A DNA stretch of 53,092 nucleotides from a virus (lineage: Duplodnaviria; Caudoviricetes), in IMG/VR virus record IMGVR_UViG_3300033149_001838, positions 1-53,092 of that record; one strand, written 5' to 3'. The notes below the pieces were generated by a model. The model did not search any database and had not been told where the DNA came from. It saw nothing but the letters and a program-made list of their open reading frames with translations. This document shows, one piece after another, positions 1-9,878 of the stretch; within the stretch, counting starts at the first letter, position 1, and every line of letters starts with the position of its first letter. A program made the position numbers and the translations under genes.

Positions 1-243
1 AATCTTTAGTATGTCACTATCTAAGAATCTAATATCATGATCTAAAAATAACCAATATCTTTTACTTGTATTTTTAAACTTTTCACATAATTTATTGAAG
101 TTCTTATTTATGGGAAGATCATCATATTGTAATATGAACATGATATCAGGTAGATACTTCTTGGCAGATAATAATAAATCAGGATAATAAGCATCAGTGT
201 GTGTAAACGTACCCATTACTAGATTTTTTTCTAATATATTCAT
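1..243 (-). CDS. GT-A fold (GT2-like) glycosyltransferase, partial (runs off the window start)
   Basis: Not in ORF track. Manual translation from ATG 243: MNILEKNLVMGTFTHTDAYYPDLLLSAKKYLP...KRYWLFLDHDIRFLDSD, with a hydrophobic strand plus DxD motif. ATG overlaps the TGA of the upstream HNH gene (ATGA). Confidence 0.65.
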   Translation of the reverse strand, partial: MNILEKNLVMGTFTHTDAYYPDLLLSAKKYLPDIMFILQYDDLPINKNFNKLCEKFKNTSKRYWLFLDHDIRFLDSDILKI

Positions 244-1658
244 AATTTTTCTCTCAACTCTGAAAGTTTACAGCCATTCTGAGTATGTACTTTCTTGTGG
301 CACTTATCGCATAAAGTCACACCGTTATCAATATCAAGGGACTGAACAGGATCACAAACAATAGGATCAATGTGATGAGCTACTAAGTTATCAGTAGACC
401 CACATATCTGACAAGTATAGTTGTCTCTTGACTTAACTAAATTAGCCCACTCTTTTTGGTGGGGTCTCTTGTAATCTTTGAAGCCTTTGGGATATTTATT
501 CTGCCTATAAACGGGACAGGCTTGCTTACATTTATCTGAACAATAGAATCTATATCCACCATTGGAATTGATAGCATTTCGTCTATTCATAACATCAGAT
601 CTTTTGGGTCTGAACCATTTCTGACAGTTGGAACATCTTACTTGGAGGTAATCTTGATTGTCGGGATCTTTTCTAGTCTCTTCCACAGGCTCCAACTGAT
701 GAGCATAAGTGTCATAGAGAGGTATATTTAGTTTTGAGACTCCACCTTTCCATGTATGAATAGTGCAAATTCTACACCTATGTCCAGATTTAAAGTTTGT
801 AAATGATGTTTTATATCTATGCCCAAATGTGCATTCCAAAAGTAACTTTGTGTTACTATTTTTATGTTCTATTTCATCAGATAAAAGTTTATAGCCATAA
901 CTCTCTATATATTTTTTGGCTCTCAGAAAGTCCTGTTTTTGTCTAATCTCTTTTTTACATATTGGGCATTTTTTATCACTTCTACGAAAACTAGCAAAAT
1001 TCAATTCAAATATGTGATTGTGCTTGCATTTTAGAGTAATCTTGTCATTTTTATGAATTTCACTTTTATTCAACACCTCAAAACCAAATGAATTTATATA
1101 TTTAACAATGTGATCATATGACTTTAACCTTCTACTGCATTCTGGACATTTGTATCCTCTTCTAAGTTCACTAGTAGTTAAAGTAAAAATATGGTTTTTT
1201 GAGCAGCATATAGTATATTTATTTTTATGCTTTGAAATTAATTTATATCCTAATTCTTGTATAATTATTTCAATGCTTATTGGAGGACAGATAGGACATC
1301 TGTTTCCTCTTTTAAAACTATGCAAACTCTGATAAAATTCATGATCATTTTTACATTGTATTAATAACTTGTCATGTGCTCCAGTATATTCTGTAGAAAT
1401 AAGTTGGTAGCCTTTAGATTCTATATATTCTTTTACTTCTTCATATACTAATAACTTACGTTCTCTTGCTAGTTTATTATTACAAATTGCACATCTGCGC
1501 CCCAAACTGAATTTATTATAATTTATTGCTATCTTATGTCCATTTGGGCATGTCAGGACTAACTTCTGTTTATTATCTTTATAACTTCTACTTAATAATT
1601 TATAACCCTCTTTCTCAATTACAGACTTTACATAATCATAAGTGAGTTTTCTGGGTAT
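240..1658 (-). CDS. Zn-ribbon repeat HNH endonuclease (5 repeats)
   Basis: Five GYxLLS...C-x2-G/N/DH...CxxC repeats; C-terminal RDNYTCQICGS...AHHIDP...NGVTLCDKCH HNH motif. ORF track start 1712 lies inside the leader structure; the RBS-aligned codon is ATA at 1658. Confidence 0.88.
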   Translation of the reverse strand: MPRKLTYDYVKSVIEKEGYKLLSRSYKDNKQKLVLTCPNGHKIAINYNKFSLGRRCAICNNKLARERKLLVYEEVKEYIESKGYQLISTEYTGAHDKLLIQCKNDHEFYQSLHSFKRGNRCPICPPISIEIIIQELGYKLISKHKNKYTICCSKNHIFTLTTSELRRGYKCPECSRRLKSYDHIVKYINSFGFEVLNKSEIHKNDKITLKCKHNHIFELNFASFRRSDKKCPICKKEIRQKQDFLRAKKYIESYGYKLLSDEIEHKNSNTKLLLECTFGHRYKTSFTNFKSGHRCRICTIHTWKGGVSKLNIPLYDTYAHQLEPVEETRKDPDNQDYLQVRCSNCQKWFRPKRSDVMNRRNAINSNGGYRFYCSDKCKQACPVYRQNKYPKGFKDYKRPHQKEWANLVKSRDNYTCQICGSTDNLVAHHIDPIVCDPVQSLDIDNGVTLCDKCHKKVHTQNGCKLSELREKL

Positions 1659-1665
1659 AGTATTA

Positions 1666-1738
1666 CCTCCTGCATAAGATATTTGGGGCTGAAGGTGATG
1701 CAGCACCTTCATTCAGAGATGATCAGTCTCTTACCCCA
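1666..1738 (-). ncRNA. Structured 5' leader, copy A (three-way junction with RBS pseudoknot)
   Basis: Minus strand: TGGGGT-A-AGAGA CTGATCA TCTCT-GAA-TGAAGGTG CTGCAT CACCTTCA-GCCCCA-AATATCTT-ATGCAG-GAGG. Confidence 0.75.
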
Positions 1739-1749
1739 CAATTTAGTAT

Positions 1750-1778
1750 ATTATACCATACTTTGGCTAAAATGTCAA
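1750..1778 (-). promoter_or_regulatory. Consensus sigma70 promoter (repeat copy 1)
   Basis: TTGACA-17 nt-TATAAT with TG extended -10; 1767-1813 is identical to 36916-36962. Confidence 0.9.
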
Positions 1779-1870
1779 GTAAAAAATGATATTAATTGAA
1801 AATAATTTAACTAGACTTCTAGCAAGATGAGACAGACATTTACAAATTAAAAATCTCTAATAATATCAGG

Positions 1871-3136
1871 CTAATACCTCCACGGGCTGGGATCTGTACA
1901 CACAAGAAACTTGTACAGATATGGTGAATTTCCACTGCCATCACTCTTTAAAATTATTCTCACAATATAGTCAACTCCTGGATTATCTATCACAAGTGTA
2001 GCTTGTCGTCTATCTATATTAGTGCCGATTGTATCATAGACTGTCTGATAACTGTTGCCATTATCAAAACTGACCTCCATCCTAACATAACCATATCCAC
2101 CATTTGTACTATCTTCAAGACTAGCAAATCCTACCATATACTGCGGATCATCATCTTTGAGACTATAAGCTCCTGATGCTGGAGTCCCAGAAACTGTAAG
2201 CGTATCAGATGTATTACTTTCTACATTAAATGTATTAGATGCACTATCTATTAGGGTTAAGTTCTTACACTCATCTGTGAACCAACTTTTGCTACTATCT
2301 GTCAGAAAATTCAGTCCAACATTCGTGCTCGTCCCGGTTTCTACAGTAGTTATATTCTCATAAGTCTTAGACACAAAGCCAAACTCCTTATCTGGAGTAT
2401 CATCTTCACCATTATCTAATTTACTTTGATAAACCCTGGCCTGATTAGGTGAGGGATCAGGAGAAGCTCTTTTACTCTCGTCGTCTAGAGCATCCCATAT
2501 AGCAAATTGTGCCCATGAAATCTGTTGAAAGTTCATTTTCATAAGCTCAAGTTCTATGGCTTTATGGTCTGCATAGTTACTAACAAAGGGATTATCACTA
2601 TTTGATCTCAATTCAAATGTTATGTCACCACTGGAATCTTTGCCCCTGATACCATATATATCACTATCTAGTTCACCAATCAGGATTCTCTCCTGACTGT
2701 TAACAACCATCTGTATTTTGGGTGCTGATGCAAACTCATCTGAGATAGTTAATATCCCTGTCATGATTTCATCTGCCAGTAAGAGAGTAGACGGCCTGAA
2801 CTCATAAATTTGAACTGGACTTGAATCTTCTACATATAATCTAACTACTTTGGCTAAGACAGGACTGGGGAAAACTGCCAAAACTCTGTTGTTTGAATCA
2901 GGAGTAGCTTCCCAATAATCAGATCTAGCAGTATTTTCAGTAGTCTTAGCCGTCAGTTTAAGCCCCGTACCTAAACCATGGTCAGAGCTAGATACTCCAG
3001 CATAGTATGACCATTCGGAACCTACTGGACTATTACTCGTAGCCACATAAAACTTAGCCGTAGTAGAAATCCATAAGATCACTTTCTCAAATTGATATGT
3101 GGTAGGATATTCGTACTGCACAAAAGCCCAACTCAT
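1871..3136 (-). CDS. Tail tip/fibre-associated structural protein
   Basis: 421 aa, Ser/Thr/Asp-rich and beta-rich, directly after the gpJ-like gene; AGGAG RBS. Confidence 0.6.
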   Translation of the reverse strand: MSWAFVQYEYPTTYQFEKVILWISTTAKFYVATSNSPVGSEWSYYAGVSSSDHGLGTGLKLTAKTTENTARSDYWEATPDSNNRVLAVFPSPVLAKVVRLYVEDSSPVQIYEFRPSTLLLADEIMTGILTISDEFASAPKIQMVVNSQERILIGELDSDIYGIRGKDSSGDITFELRSNSDNPFVSNYADHKAIELELMKMNFQQISWAQFAIWDALDDESKRASPDPSPNQARVYQSKLDNGEDDTPDKEFGFVSKTYENITTVETGTSTNVGLNFLTDSSKSWFTDECKNLTLIDSASNTFNVESNTSDTLTVSGTPASGAYSLKDDDPQYMVGFASLEDSTNGGYGYVRMEVSFDNGNSYQTVYDTIGTNIDRRQATLVIDNPGVDYIVRIILKSDGSGNSPYLYKFLVCTDPSPWRY

Positions 3137-3151
3137 TTAAATAACTCTCCT

Positions 3152-6100
3152 TTAGCCAAAAATCAGTCCTCCACTATCCTTTATTCCATCATGTAGACTG
3201 GTAGGATCACCCGAAGTTTCTCCATTACTGGTTGCTACCAATCTAAATAGGTTTTTTTGTTCAGCAGATACCGTAACGTCTGTTTCAATATAGGGACTCT
3301 CGTTATTATACCAATCCACATCCTTAACTCGGAATAGTATTTGGGGATGTAGGCCATGATTATCCACATCACTTTCTGATAACATATATGTAAACTCATT
3401 GCTATCTAAGTTTGAGTAACTAGACCAATCACTCATAGAAAACTCTGCAAATGCTGCCCATAACTTTCTATCAAAATAATCAAAAAGCCCTGATGGTACT
3501 TCAAAGACTATTTCCAGAGTGTAGGTTTCTCCTCGTATTAAATTAGTATCTAATAGGATTGCTACTCTGTGAGAATTGGAATGGTCAAATTCAACCTGTC
3601 TTTCACTTGTGTTAATGGTAACACCAGTGATAGGGTATACAGCAGCTTCAAATTCTTCATCTGTCCAGGTGGTCCAGGAGCATAGTTGAACTTCTCCATG
3701 TAAGAGGGATACATTTAGAATCTTGGTATCTCTAAACTTGTTATTAGGATCTATCGAATCAGCAGCAATATATATTCTATTGTATTCTGCATCAGCTTCC
3801 CATGTTATGGAGTGTGTTCTAAACAATGATACAGGGTTATCATCAACCCCTCGTATAATCTCCTTCATATCCTCTTGGATTAGCATATAAGAATATTTAT
3901 AATATTTATGGTCTGATTCTCCACTTGCGTCCCAGTAAAATCTGGCTCCACCGAGTAGAGTATCACCGTTTATATTTTGTAATCTATCTGGGGATAAATT
4001 TTCGGCCCTAAACGGGGTGGTACCAGAAGATTCCCTTTCGCCATTGATAACAGTATGTACTATAAAGTAAACAGTATTATACGGATTACCTTCTCTAGAT
4101 GTACCAGCCAAATCCGATAGCATGTCATTCACTGAATAACTATAATAAGCATCTGTAGTCATCACATCTCTCAATATATTAGCAGTATCAGTAGGATCAG
4201 TATGATAGATTTCTACTCTATAGCCTTTTATAAAAACATCACCTGAAGGCTCAAAATCATCCATTGTTACTGGATTCCACTCTAATGTGACAGTTGTATC
4301 ATCAAAATAGTGTTCTCCCTCTGGATCTGCATTTCTTAATCTCAGTTCACTAGGATTTGGCACATAAATTGGTTGGCTAAGGAGAACTTCAACTGTTACT
4401 GGTTCCCCATACCAACCATCAATACAATAACATGAGAATCTGAACGTGTAATATTCATCCCATTCTAGAGTAGGATCAGTATGTGTTATGGGATTTCCTG
4501 GTGGTGAGATATTCTCTAAACTAACCCACCCAGTTATATCATTAGTAGTAATAGATCTTGACACAGAAATCCAGGATACTGGCAGATAATACTCACCAAC
4601 TGGGACCTCAGCATTTATAACCCAACCTTTACGATTTCCTTGCAATTGAACTATATTAATATTGGTTGGTTTTGGTACGGTAGGTCTATAAGGGGGAGGT
4701 ATAGGATCATCAATAATTATAGTTGATGCCTCAGTGTAAACGTCTGTTTGGTGTTCCACCCCAACTACTGATATTTCATCATCATCCGTACGTTCAACAG
4801 CGGTTAATCTAATAGGTTTAACATAGGTATTTAGTTCTCCTAATGTGAATACAGCATCAGTAGCAGGATCATTGTCAGGCCATGACAATAATGGTACAGT
4901 AGTAACTTCATCATTCTGTGACCATCCTGAAGAATCAATAGTGGCAGTCACAAATTCATTAGAATCAGTCTGGTATTTCATTAAATAGGTGGCGGTTGTA
5001 CTGGGTACTGTATAGGCTGAATCTATTTCTATATTTGGATCGCTATAGCTTAGAACCCTTCCCCCATGTCCCCAGCCTGGTAACTGATGCTGAAAATTAA
5101 TTATATCTCCAGCAGTAGCATGTAGAGCATCCAGCCCACATTTAAATTCCACTACTTGGGTACAATTGGTAGCTCTATTAAGATTGTATATAGCCTCTCT
5201 TCTAGCCCGATGAAAATTAGTTATACCTTTTAAACCAATAGTTATTTCATTAAGTTTGGGTATAGTGTTTGAGCTAGTCTTGGCAATTACATTTCTAAGT
5301 TCATAATCCCGTTCCGCATCTGCATAATTCGCAATAACTTTATACGGGACGTTAGATATGGGGGTAAAAGTCTCTTTGAAGCTACCTTTAATGATATTTC
5401 CCATCGTTAGAGTATGGACAGGAGTTTCATCTTTGTCTATTATAAAATTGAACTTTCCATCAAACCATACAGGCCAACACCTAAAAGCATTGCACATTTC
5501 CATTAGAGCTGTTAGGGCTGATTGCTCTCCTTCTAGTACTCCATTATATGTGTGATAATGTTGTCTAGAAGTCTCAACTGCGATACTTACCTGTGTTATG
5601 TTGCCTGAAAAAAATGGCCCTGTCGGATTACTTGTAACCATTATACGAATAGAATTTATATTAGAATACTGCCAATTATCAACAGAAAAGGTTACAGTTT
5701 CCTCACTATCCTTCATAAGAGCTTCAGTAGAGTATAGATGATAAGTCTGGCCATTTGGGGAACATGCTGCTACCTCCAAAAAGATGTTACTTTGGGTCAT
5801 TTCAGAATAATCTATACTAAATGTATATTTATCTCCCAACACAAACTTGTAGTAAGTTCCTAAACGAAATGTATATGTCCATGTAGTTCCATCAAATATA
5901 ACATGTCTCTCAGAAGTAGATAAGTCAGTGTGATCTCCTGTTTCTATACGACTCACAAATGTATCATCCGTACCATTAATCCACCAATCACAGAGGTCTT
6001 TGGTATATGGCTGCCAAACCCTATGACATTCTTTTATAGCCTCTATAATACCAGCATCATACAGATCTGATTCAGATATATAGTCACCTAGACCATATCT

Positions 6101-8062
6101 TGTGGAGATAAGAACATCTCTGACACAGAGCATGGCATTGTCCGAATAGGCCGTTGTATACGTAGACTCATCCCAAGCTGTTACAGCATTTCCGTCTGCA
6201 TCTTCCCATTGGCTACTAGTGTCATTCCAAAATACATCCTCAAAAGCAGTATCATCAAAGCCTGATGGCACTTCTATTTTCTGTCCTCTCAGAAGGGTCA
6301 CTACATTAGGAATACCGCCAGATAACTGTCCAGTGGCTTTTATTCTTAGACCTAACAGAGCTGTATTAGGATAAATATATTTTCCCTGATTTACTTCCGT
6401 AACAGACTTTAATATCAGGTCATTTGCTACAGTTGGAGCGTCCGTGGCTGGGTCTCTACGACTTATTCTTATATCATATACATTCCTACCAGTTTCTCCC
6501 CCTAGATCTGGGTTATTAAAATCTATTGTAGCCGTGGTCCATGTACCAGTTCTTTGATTATCCCGTATCACCCAATACTCAGTTGGCGATTGTTCAGCAT
6601 ACAGATAAACAGATGCACCTATTAATTTAAATATAGCATCATCGGTGTATACCTCCAGAGATACCAGATAATCTCTTACAATTATATCGTCTATATGTGT
6701 GGTATACTGGATCAAGTCAAAATCGTACTGTATGCGTCCCTCTACTTCTCCACTATAAAGTATATCTCCCTCAGTAGTATCACCTTCATAAACTTCATAG
6801 TCATACCTTATTCTCCAATAAGTCTGATAAGGCCAGGGTTGATCGGTTTCTTTCGTAACATTGGTTATTTTTAATGTATAACTAGAGGGTATTCTGTCTA
6901 TCCAAGTAGTATATCCATCTTCAAATCTAGGTACACTCCCCTGTTTTAACAATTTTACAGAATTACTATTATCCTCTTCAAATACAGCAGTGTACAAGTT
7001 TTGTGGCTGAATCTCAGTGTAATAATCATCATCTTGTGTAGTTTCTTTATACTCTATTTTATAGTACACTGATTCATCTATAAACTCACCATCTTTATAT
7101 TTATATAGTGCTGGTGATTTTATTTGTAACTTAACCATATCAACAGGCTTAGAAGTAGTATATATTACTTCCTCATTATCATCTTTAGTACCTATAGCAC
7201 TTCCAACATCAAACTGCATTTTTTCACTGTCAAAATAAGGTATTCTATTTTGAGCAAATGGATAGTATTCATTCCTGGTATCCTCGGTATCACCAATATC
7301 ATTTGTTCCAGTGCGATACCACCAAGTTACCTCCTGAAAATTATGTAATGGTTGATCGTTTATCTCAATGGCAGGATTTTTATAATCCTCACTAGTCTTA
7401 TCAGATGTACTACACACAGACGTATGGTCATTCTCTTGAACTATACCATCTATCTCTCCTTCACAAAGAGCCAGTAATAAATATAAATAGTTATCCTTAC
7501 TGTTCTCAGTCTCAGTAAATACTGATATGACATTGCCCCCAACTTTATGAGTACCATATACAACTGGTATGGGAGAATTATATTTAGCGGTAGATTTTAT
7601 GCCTGTCCAATTATAAGTATTAGTTTCTCTTCCTCCTGCGGTAAGTTTAGGCAGATCGGGTTGGAGTAGCAGTTGCATAGCACCACCCAGTGCCATAGAG
7701 GCCCCAACCATAATCACGCCTTTCCACATAGCTGCTGTAAGACCTAGTGTTTGAGGAGCCATTATACCTATGGCAATGAGTGCTACTCCTAGAAGAAGTT
7801 GTATAAAACCACCCCTACCACCAGCTATTTCGGGAGTTATGACTATTTCGTCCTGATCTTTAACCAGACATGTACCCCAAGAATCAACAGGTAACTCTTC
7901 CCCATTAAGATACACAACTACCTTATGTTTCATAACAAGGTCATATATCTCATCATCTTGTTGTCTAGCATATTCTGCTGCACAATGTACGAAATGTGGA
8001 TTATCTACATACACAAATTCCGTATCTTCATCCAACAGGTTTCTATACGTAACTAATGCCAA
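3152..8062 (-). CDS. Central tail tip/host specificity protein (lambda gpI-like N-terminus fused to gpJ-like body)
   Basis: N-terminal ubiquitin-like segment ending ITPEIAGG plus hydrophobic Gly-rich stretch; PIPVVYGTHKVGG, LLALCEGEIDG, YPNTALLGL, GDIINFQH motifs; Fn3-like C-terminal part. Confidence 0.85.
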   Translation of the reverse strand: MALVTYRNLLDEDTEFVYVDNPHFVHCAAEYARQQDDEIYDLVMKHKVVVYLNGEELPVDSWGTCLVKDQDEIVITPEIAGGRGGFIQLLLGVALIAIGIMAPQTLGLTAAMWKGVIMVGASMALGGAMQLLLQPDLPKLTAGGRETNTYNWTGIKSTAKYNSPIPVVYGTHKVGGNVISVFTETENSKDNYLYLLLALCEGEIDGIVQENDHTSVCSTSDKTSEDYKNPAIEINDQPLHNFQEVTWWYRTGTNDIGDTEDTRNEYYPFAQNRIPYFDSEKMQFDVGSAIGTKDDNEEVIYTTSKPVDMVKLQIKSPALYKYKDGEFIDESVYYKIEYKETTQDDDYYTEIQPQNLYTAVFEEDNSNSVKLLKQGSVPRFEDGYTTWIDRIPSSYTLKITNVTKETDQPWPYQTYWRIRYDYEVYEGDTTEGDILYSGEVEGRIQYDFDLIQYTTHIDDIIVRDYLVSLEVYTDDAIFKLIGASVYLYAEQSPTEYWVIRDNQRTGTWTTATIDFNNPDLGGETGRNVYDIRISRRDPATDAPTVANDLILKSVTEVNQGKYIYPNTALLGLRIKATGQLSGGIPNVVTLLRGQKIEVPSGFDDTAFEDVFWNDTSSQWEDADGNAVTAWDESTYTTAYSDNAMLCVRDVLISTRYGLGDYISESDLYDAGIIEAIKECHRVWQPYTKDLCDWWINGTDDTFVSRIETGDHTDLSTSERHVIFDGTTWTYTFRLGTYYKFVLGDKYTFSIDYSEMTQSNIFLEVAACSPNGQTYHLYSTEALMKDSEETVTFSVDNWQYSNINSIRIMVTSNPTGPFFSGNITQVSIAVETSRQHYHTYNGVLEGEQSALTALMEMCNAFRCWPVWFDGKFNFIIDKDETPVHTLTMGNIIKGSFKETFTPISNVPYKVIANYADAERDYELRNVIAKTSSNTIPKLNEITIGLKGITNFHRARREAIYNLNRATNCTQVVEFKCGLDALHATAGDIINFQHQLPGWGHGGRVLSYSDPNIEIDSAYTVPSTTATYLMKYQTDSNEFVTATIDSSGWSQNDEVTTVPLLSWPDNDPATDAVFTLGELNTYVKPIRLTAVERTDDDEISVVGVEHQTDVYTEASTIIIDDPIPPPYRPTVPKPTNINIVQLQGNRKGWVINAEVPVGEYYLPVSWISVSRSITTNDITGWVSLENISPPGNPITHTDPTLEWDEYYTFRFSCYCIDGWYGEPVTVEVLLSQPIYVPNPSELRLRNADPEGEHYFDDTTVTLEWNPVTMDDFEPSGDVFIKGYRVEIYHTDPTDTANILRDVMTTDAYYSYSVNDMLSDLAGTSREGNPYNTVYFIVHTVINGERESSGTTPFRAENLSPDRLQNINGDTLLGGARFYWDASGESDHKYYKYSYMLIQEDMKEIIRGVDDNPVSLFRTHSITWEADAEYNRIYIAADSIDPNNKFRDTKILNVSLLHGEVQLCSWTTWTDEEFEAAVYPITGVTINTSERQVEFDHSNSHRVAILLDTNLIRGETYTLEIVFEVPSGLFDYFDRKLWAAFAEFSMSDWSSYSNLDSNEFTYMLSESDVDNHGLHPQILFRVKDVDWYNNESPYIETDVTVSAEQKNLFRLVATSNGETSGDPTSLHDGIKDSGGLIFG

Positions 8063-8064
8063 TG

Positions 8065-8478
8065 TTATACAACTCCTTTATATCTCACAGCAGCATACAA
8101 TCTTTCTTCAAATGGAGTTCCATTCAACCGTTCTACCCTAGAGGTACTTCTCTCTTCTACATGAATAAATTTATTATTGCCAATATACATTCCAATGTGA
8201 TCGGCAATCTTACTCCCATTATATCTAGTAAATATTAAGCCATCATATACTTTATAGGGCGCATCAACTCTGTACCACAAAGTGTCTATATTATTTGTTA
8301 TTTGCTTACCTTTTTCTTTATACCAAGTCTTACTATCATAACCAATATGATTCAACTTGGGTAGTTCTATACCCAATTCTTCTTTATATATTAAATATAC
8401 CAGGCCAAAGCAGTCTGTACCGTTTTTTGTTACTCCACTTTTCATATATGGTATATCTATGTATTTAGCAAAATTCAT
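8065..8478 (-). CDS. NlpC/P60 tail tip protein (gpK-like, no JAB domain)
   Basis: YIDIPY...GTDCFGLV...HIGMYIGNNKFIH Cys/His motif; position between gpL-like and gpI/J-like genes. Confidence 0.88.
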   Translation of the reverse strand: MNFAKYIDIPYMKSGVTKNGTDCFGLVYLIYKEELGIELPKLNHIGYDSKTWYKEKGKQITNNIDTLWYRVDAPYKVYDGLIFTRYNGSKIADHIGMYIGNNKFIHVEERSTSRVERLNGTPFEERLYAAVRYKGVV

Positions 8479-8480
8479 AA

Positions 8481-9185
8481 CTACCTCGAAATATAGATTC
8501 CAGACCTTGTTATAGACAAAAATCCACCATACCTACTAGCATTATTTCTGGTTCTACAATTTTCTATACTTAAATCACAAGTAGGGTATAGTGTATAGCT
8601 AGTAGCAGAAACACCACATTCAGTGGAATTATACTCCCATTGACATTCATGACTGAATGTTCTTCTAGGCAATCTGGCTCTTTTAATGTCGAATTTGGAT
8701 TTACAACTAAATGTAATAGCCTGCTCAGTAGATTGGGCTGAGTCTACGTAGAACTTTTCTTTGATATAGGCATTCTTATCTGGAGTTGATCCTATAAATT
8801 TGTAGTTATCACTATCAGACGGTAAATATCTAGCAAATGTAGTTATAGCATAGATATCCCTGCCCCTGAGATACTCTTGAGAATGCAATATAGGCTCTAG
8901 TGTCCTATCTATGTTTGGTATGGATAGTGAAATACCAGTTATTTCTCCCTCTATATTAGACTTAATTACATCTCCTTGAATAGGAATACCAGTATATACG
9001 GTTGTAGCTGAAGTAACATTGCCACTGGAGTCTAATTGATATCCCACAATATCATGATTCCAATCTGCATAATACTGATAATCTACACCAGACTGAGACG
9101 CATTAATTACATACAGATGAATAGCATCTAAACCTTCAGTTTCTGTCTGTAACTCTGATATTGAGGCATTTAAATCATAAGACAT
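8481..9185 (-). CDS. Minor tail protein L-like
   Basis: C-terminal LPRR...CQWEY...CG...CD...C..R...YGGF four-Cys pattern typical of lambda gpL. Confidence 0.85.
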   Translation of the reverse strand: MSYDLNASISELQTETEGLDAIHLYVINASQSGVDYQYYADWNHDIVGYQLDSSGNVTSATTVYTGIPIQGDVIKSNIEGEITGISLSIPNIDRTLEPILHSQEYLRGRDIYAITTFARYLPSDSDNYKFIGSTPDKNAYIKEKFYVDSAQSTEQAITFSCKSKFDIKRARLPRRTFSHECQWEYNSTECGVSATSYTLYPTCDLSIENCRTRNNASRYGGFLSITRSGIYISR

Positions 9186-9194
9186 AAGAACTCC

Positions 9195-9866
9195 TTATAG
9201 GCTAGGGTATTTACTGGTAAATGTAATAGTTCCAGACCTCATAAAACCACCATCATTTGTCAAATCTATATCTTGAGGTATATAGGGTCCTTTTTTAAAG
9301 CTATTTAATGGATTAGGAGAACAGTAGACTTCATAAACTGGATATATCTTAGCATAACTATTAGCATCAGATAGAGACAAATCACCATAGGATGTATTAA
9401 ATATAATAAACGAATTAGTAGTTATACTATCATAAGATCCAAATTGGAAGCCATAGTTACTAGCATATACAAACGCATATACTTTTGAATTCACCCAATA
9501 CCGTGTATCTGGTATATAGACTTTCCAATCACTACCGGATAATGTGATAGATGTTGGTGTTATACCCCTAGATAAATCCACCACATAGAAAGAATATAAG
9601 CCATTCTCAGCAATATAGTTAACAAAATGCTCTATCTGGTTATATTCCCTAGCAAATATATTATTGTAATCATATGTTATTGAAAGATATGGATTGGCCT
9701 TTTTTCTGGTAGATATAGTTTGCTGCTCAAATACAGATGTTAGTATATTGGGGACATCTCTTGACATAACCCCATTATTAGGTTCAAAATATGAGTATGA
9801 TATACTACCTATAATACCATCATTAGACCCAGGTGATACAGTCCCTATTGGAAATAAGTTAGCCAT
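9195..9866 (-). CDS. Distal tail protein (gpM/Dit position)
   Basis: 223 aa between tape measure and gpL-like gene; called mainly on synteny. Confidence 0.6.
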   Translation of the reverse strand: MANLFPIGTVSPGSNDGIIGSISYSYFEPNNGVMSRDVPNILTSVFEQQTISTRKKANPYLSITYDYNNIFAREYNQIEHFVNYIAENGLYSFYVVDLSRGITPTSITLSGSDWKVYIPDTRYWVNSKVYAFVYASNYGFQFGSYDSITTNSFIIFNTSYGDLSLSDANSYAKIYPVYEVYCSPNPLNSFKKGPYIPQDIDLTNDGGFMRSGTITFTSKYPSL

Positions 9867-9878
9867 TAAATCAACTCC

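Noticed and set aside
1659-1712. ORF-track N-terminal extensions of nuclease genes (also 33865-33969 and 45921-45929)
   Set aside because: They run through the promoter, leader or RBS; paralog alignment and SD spacing place the starts downstream.
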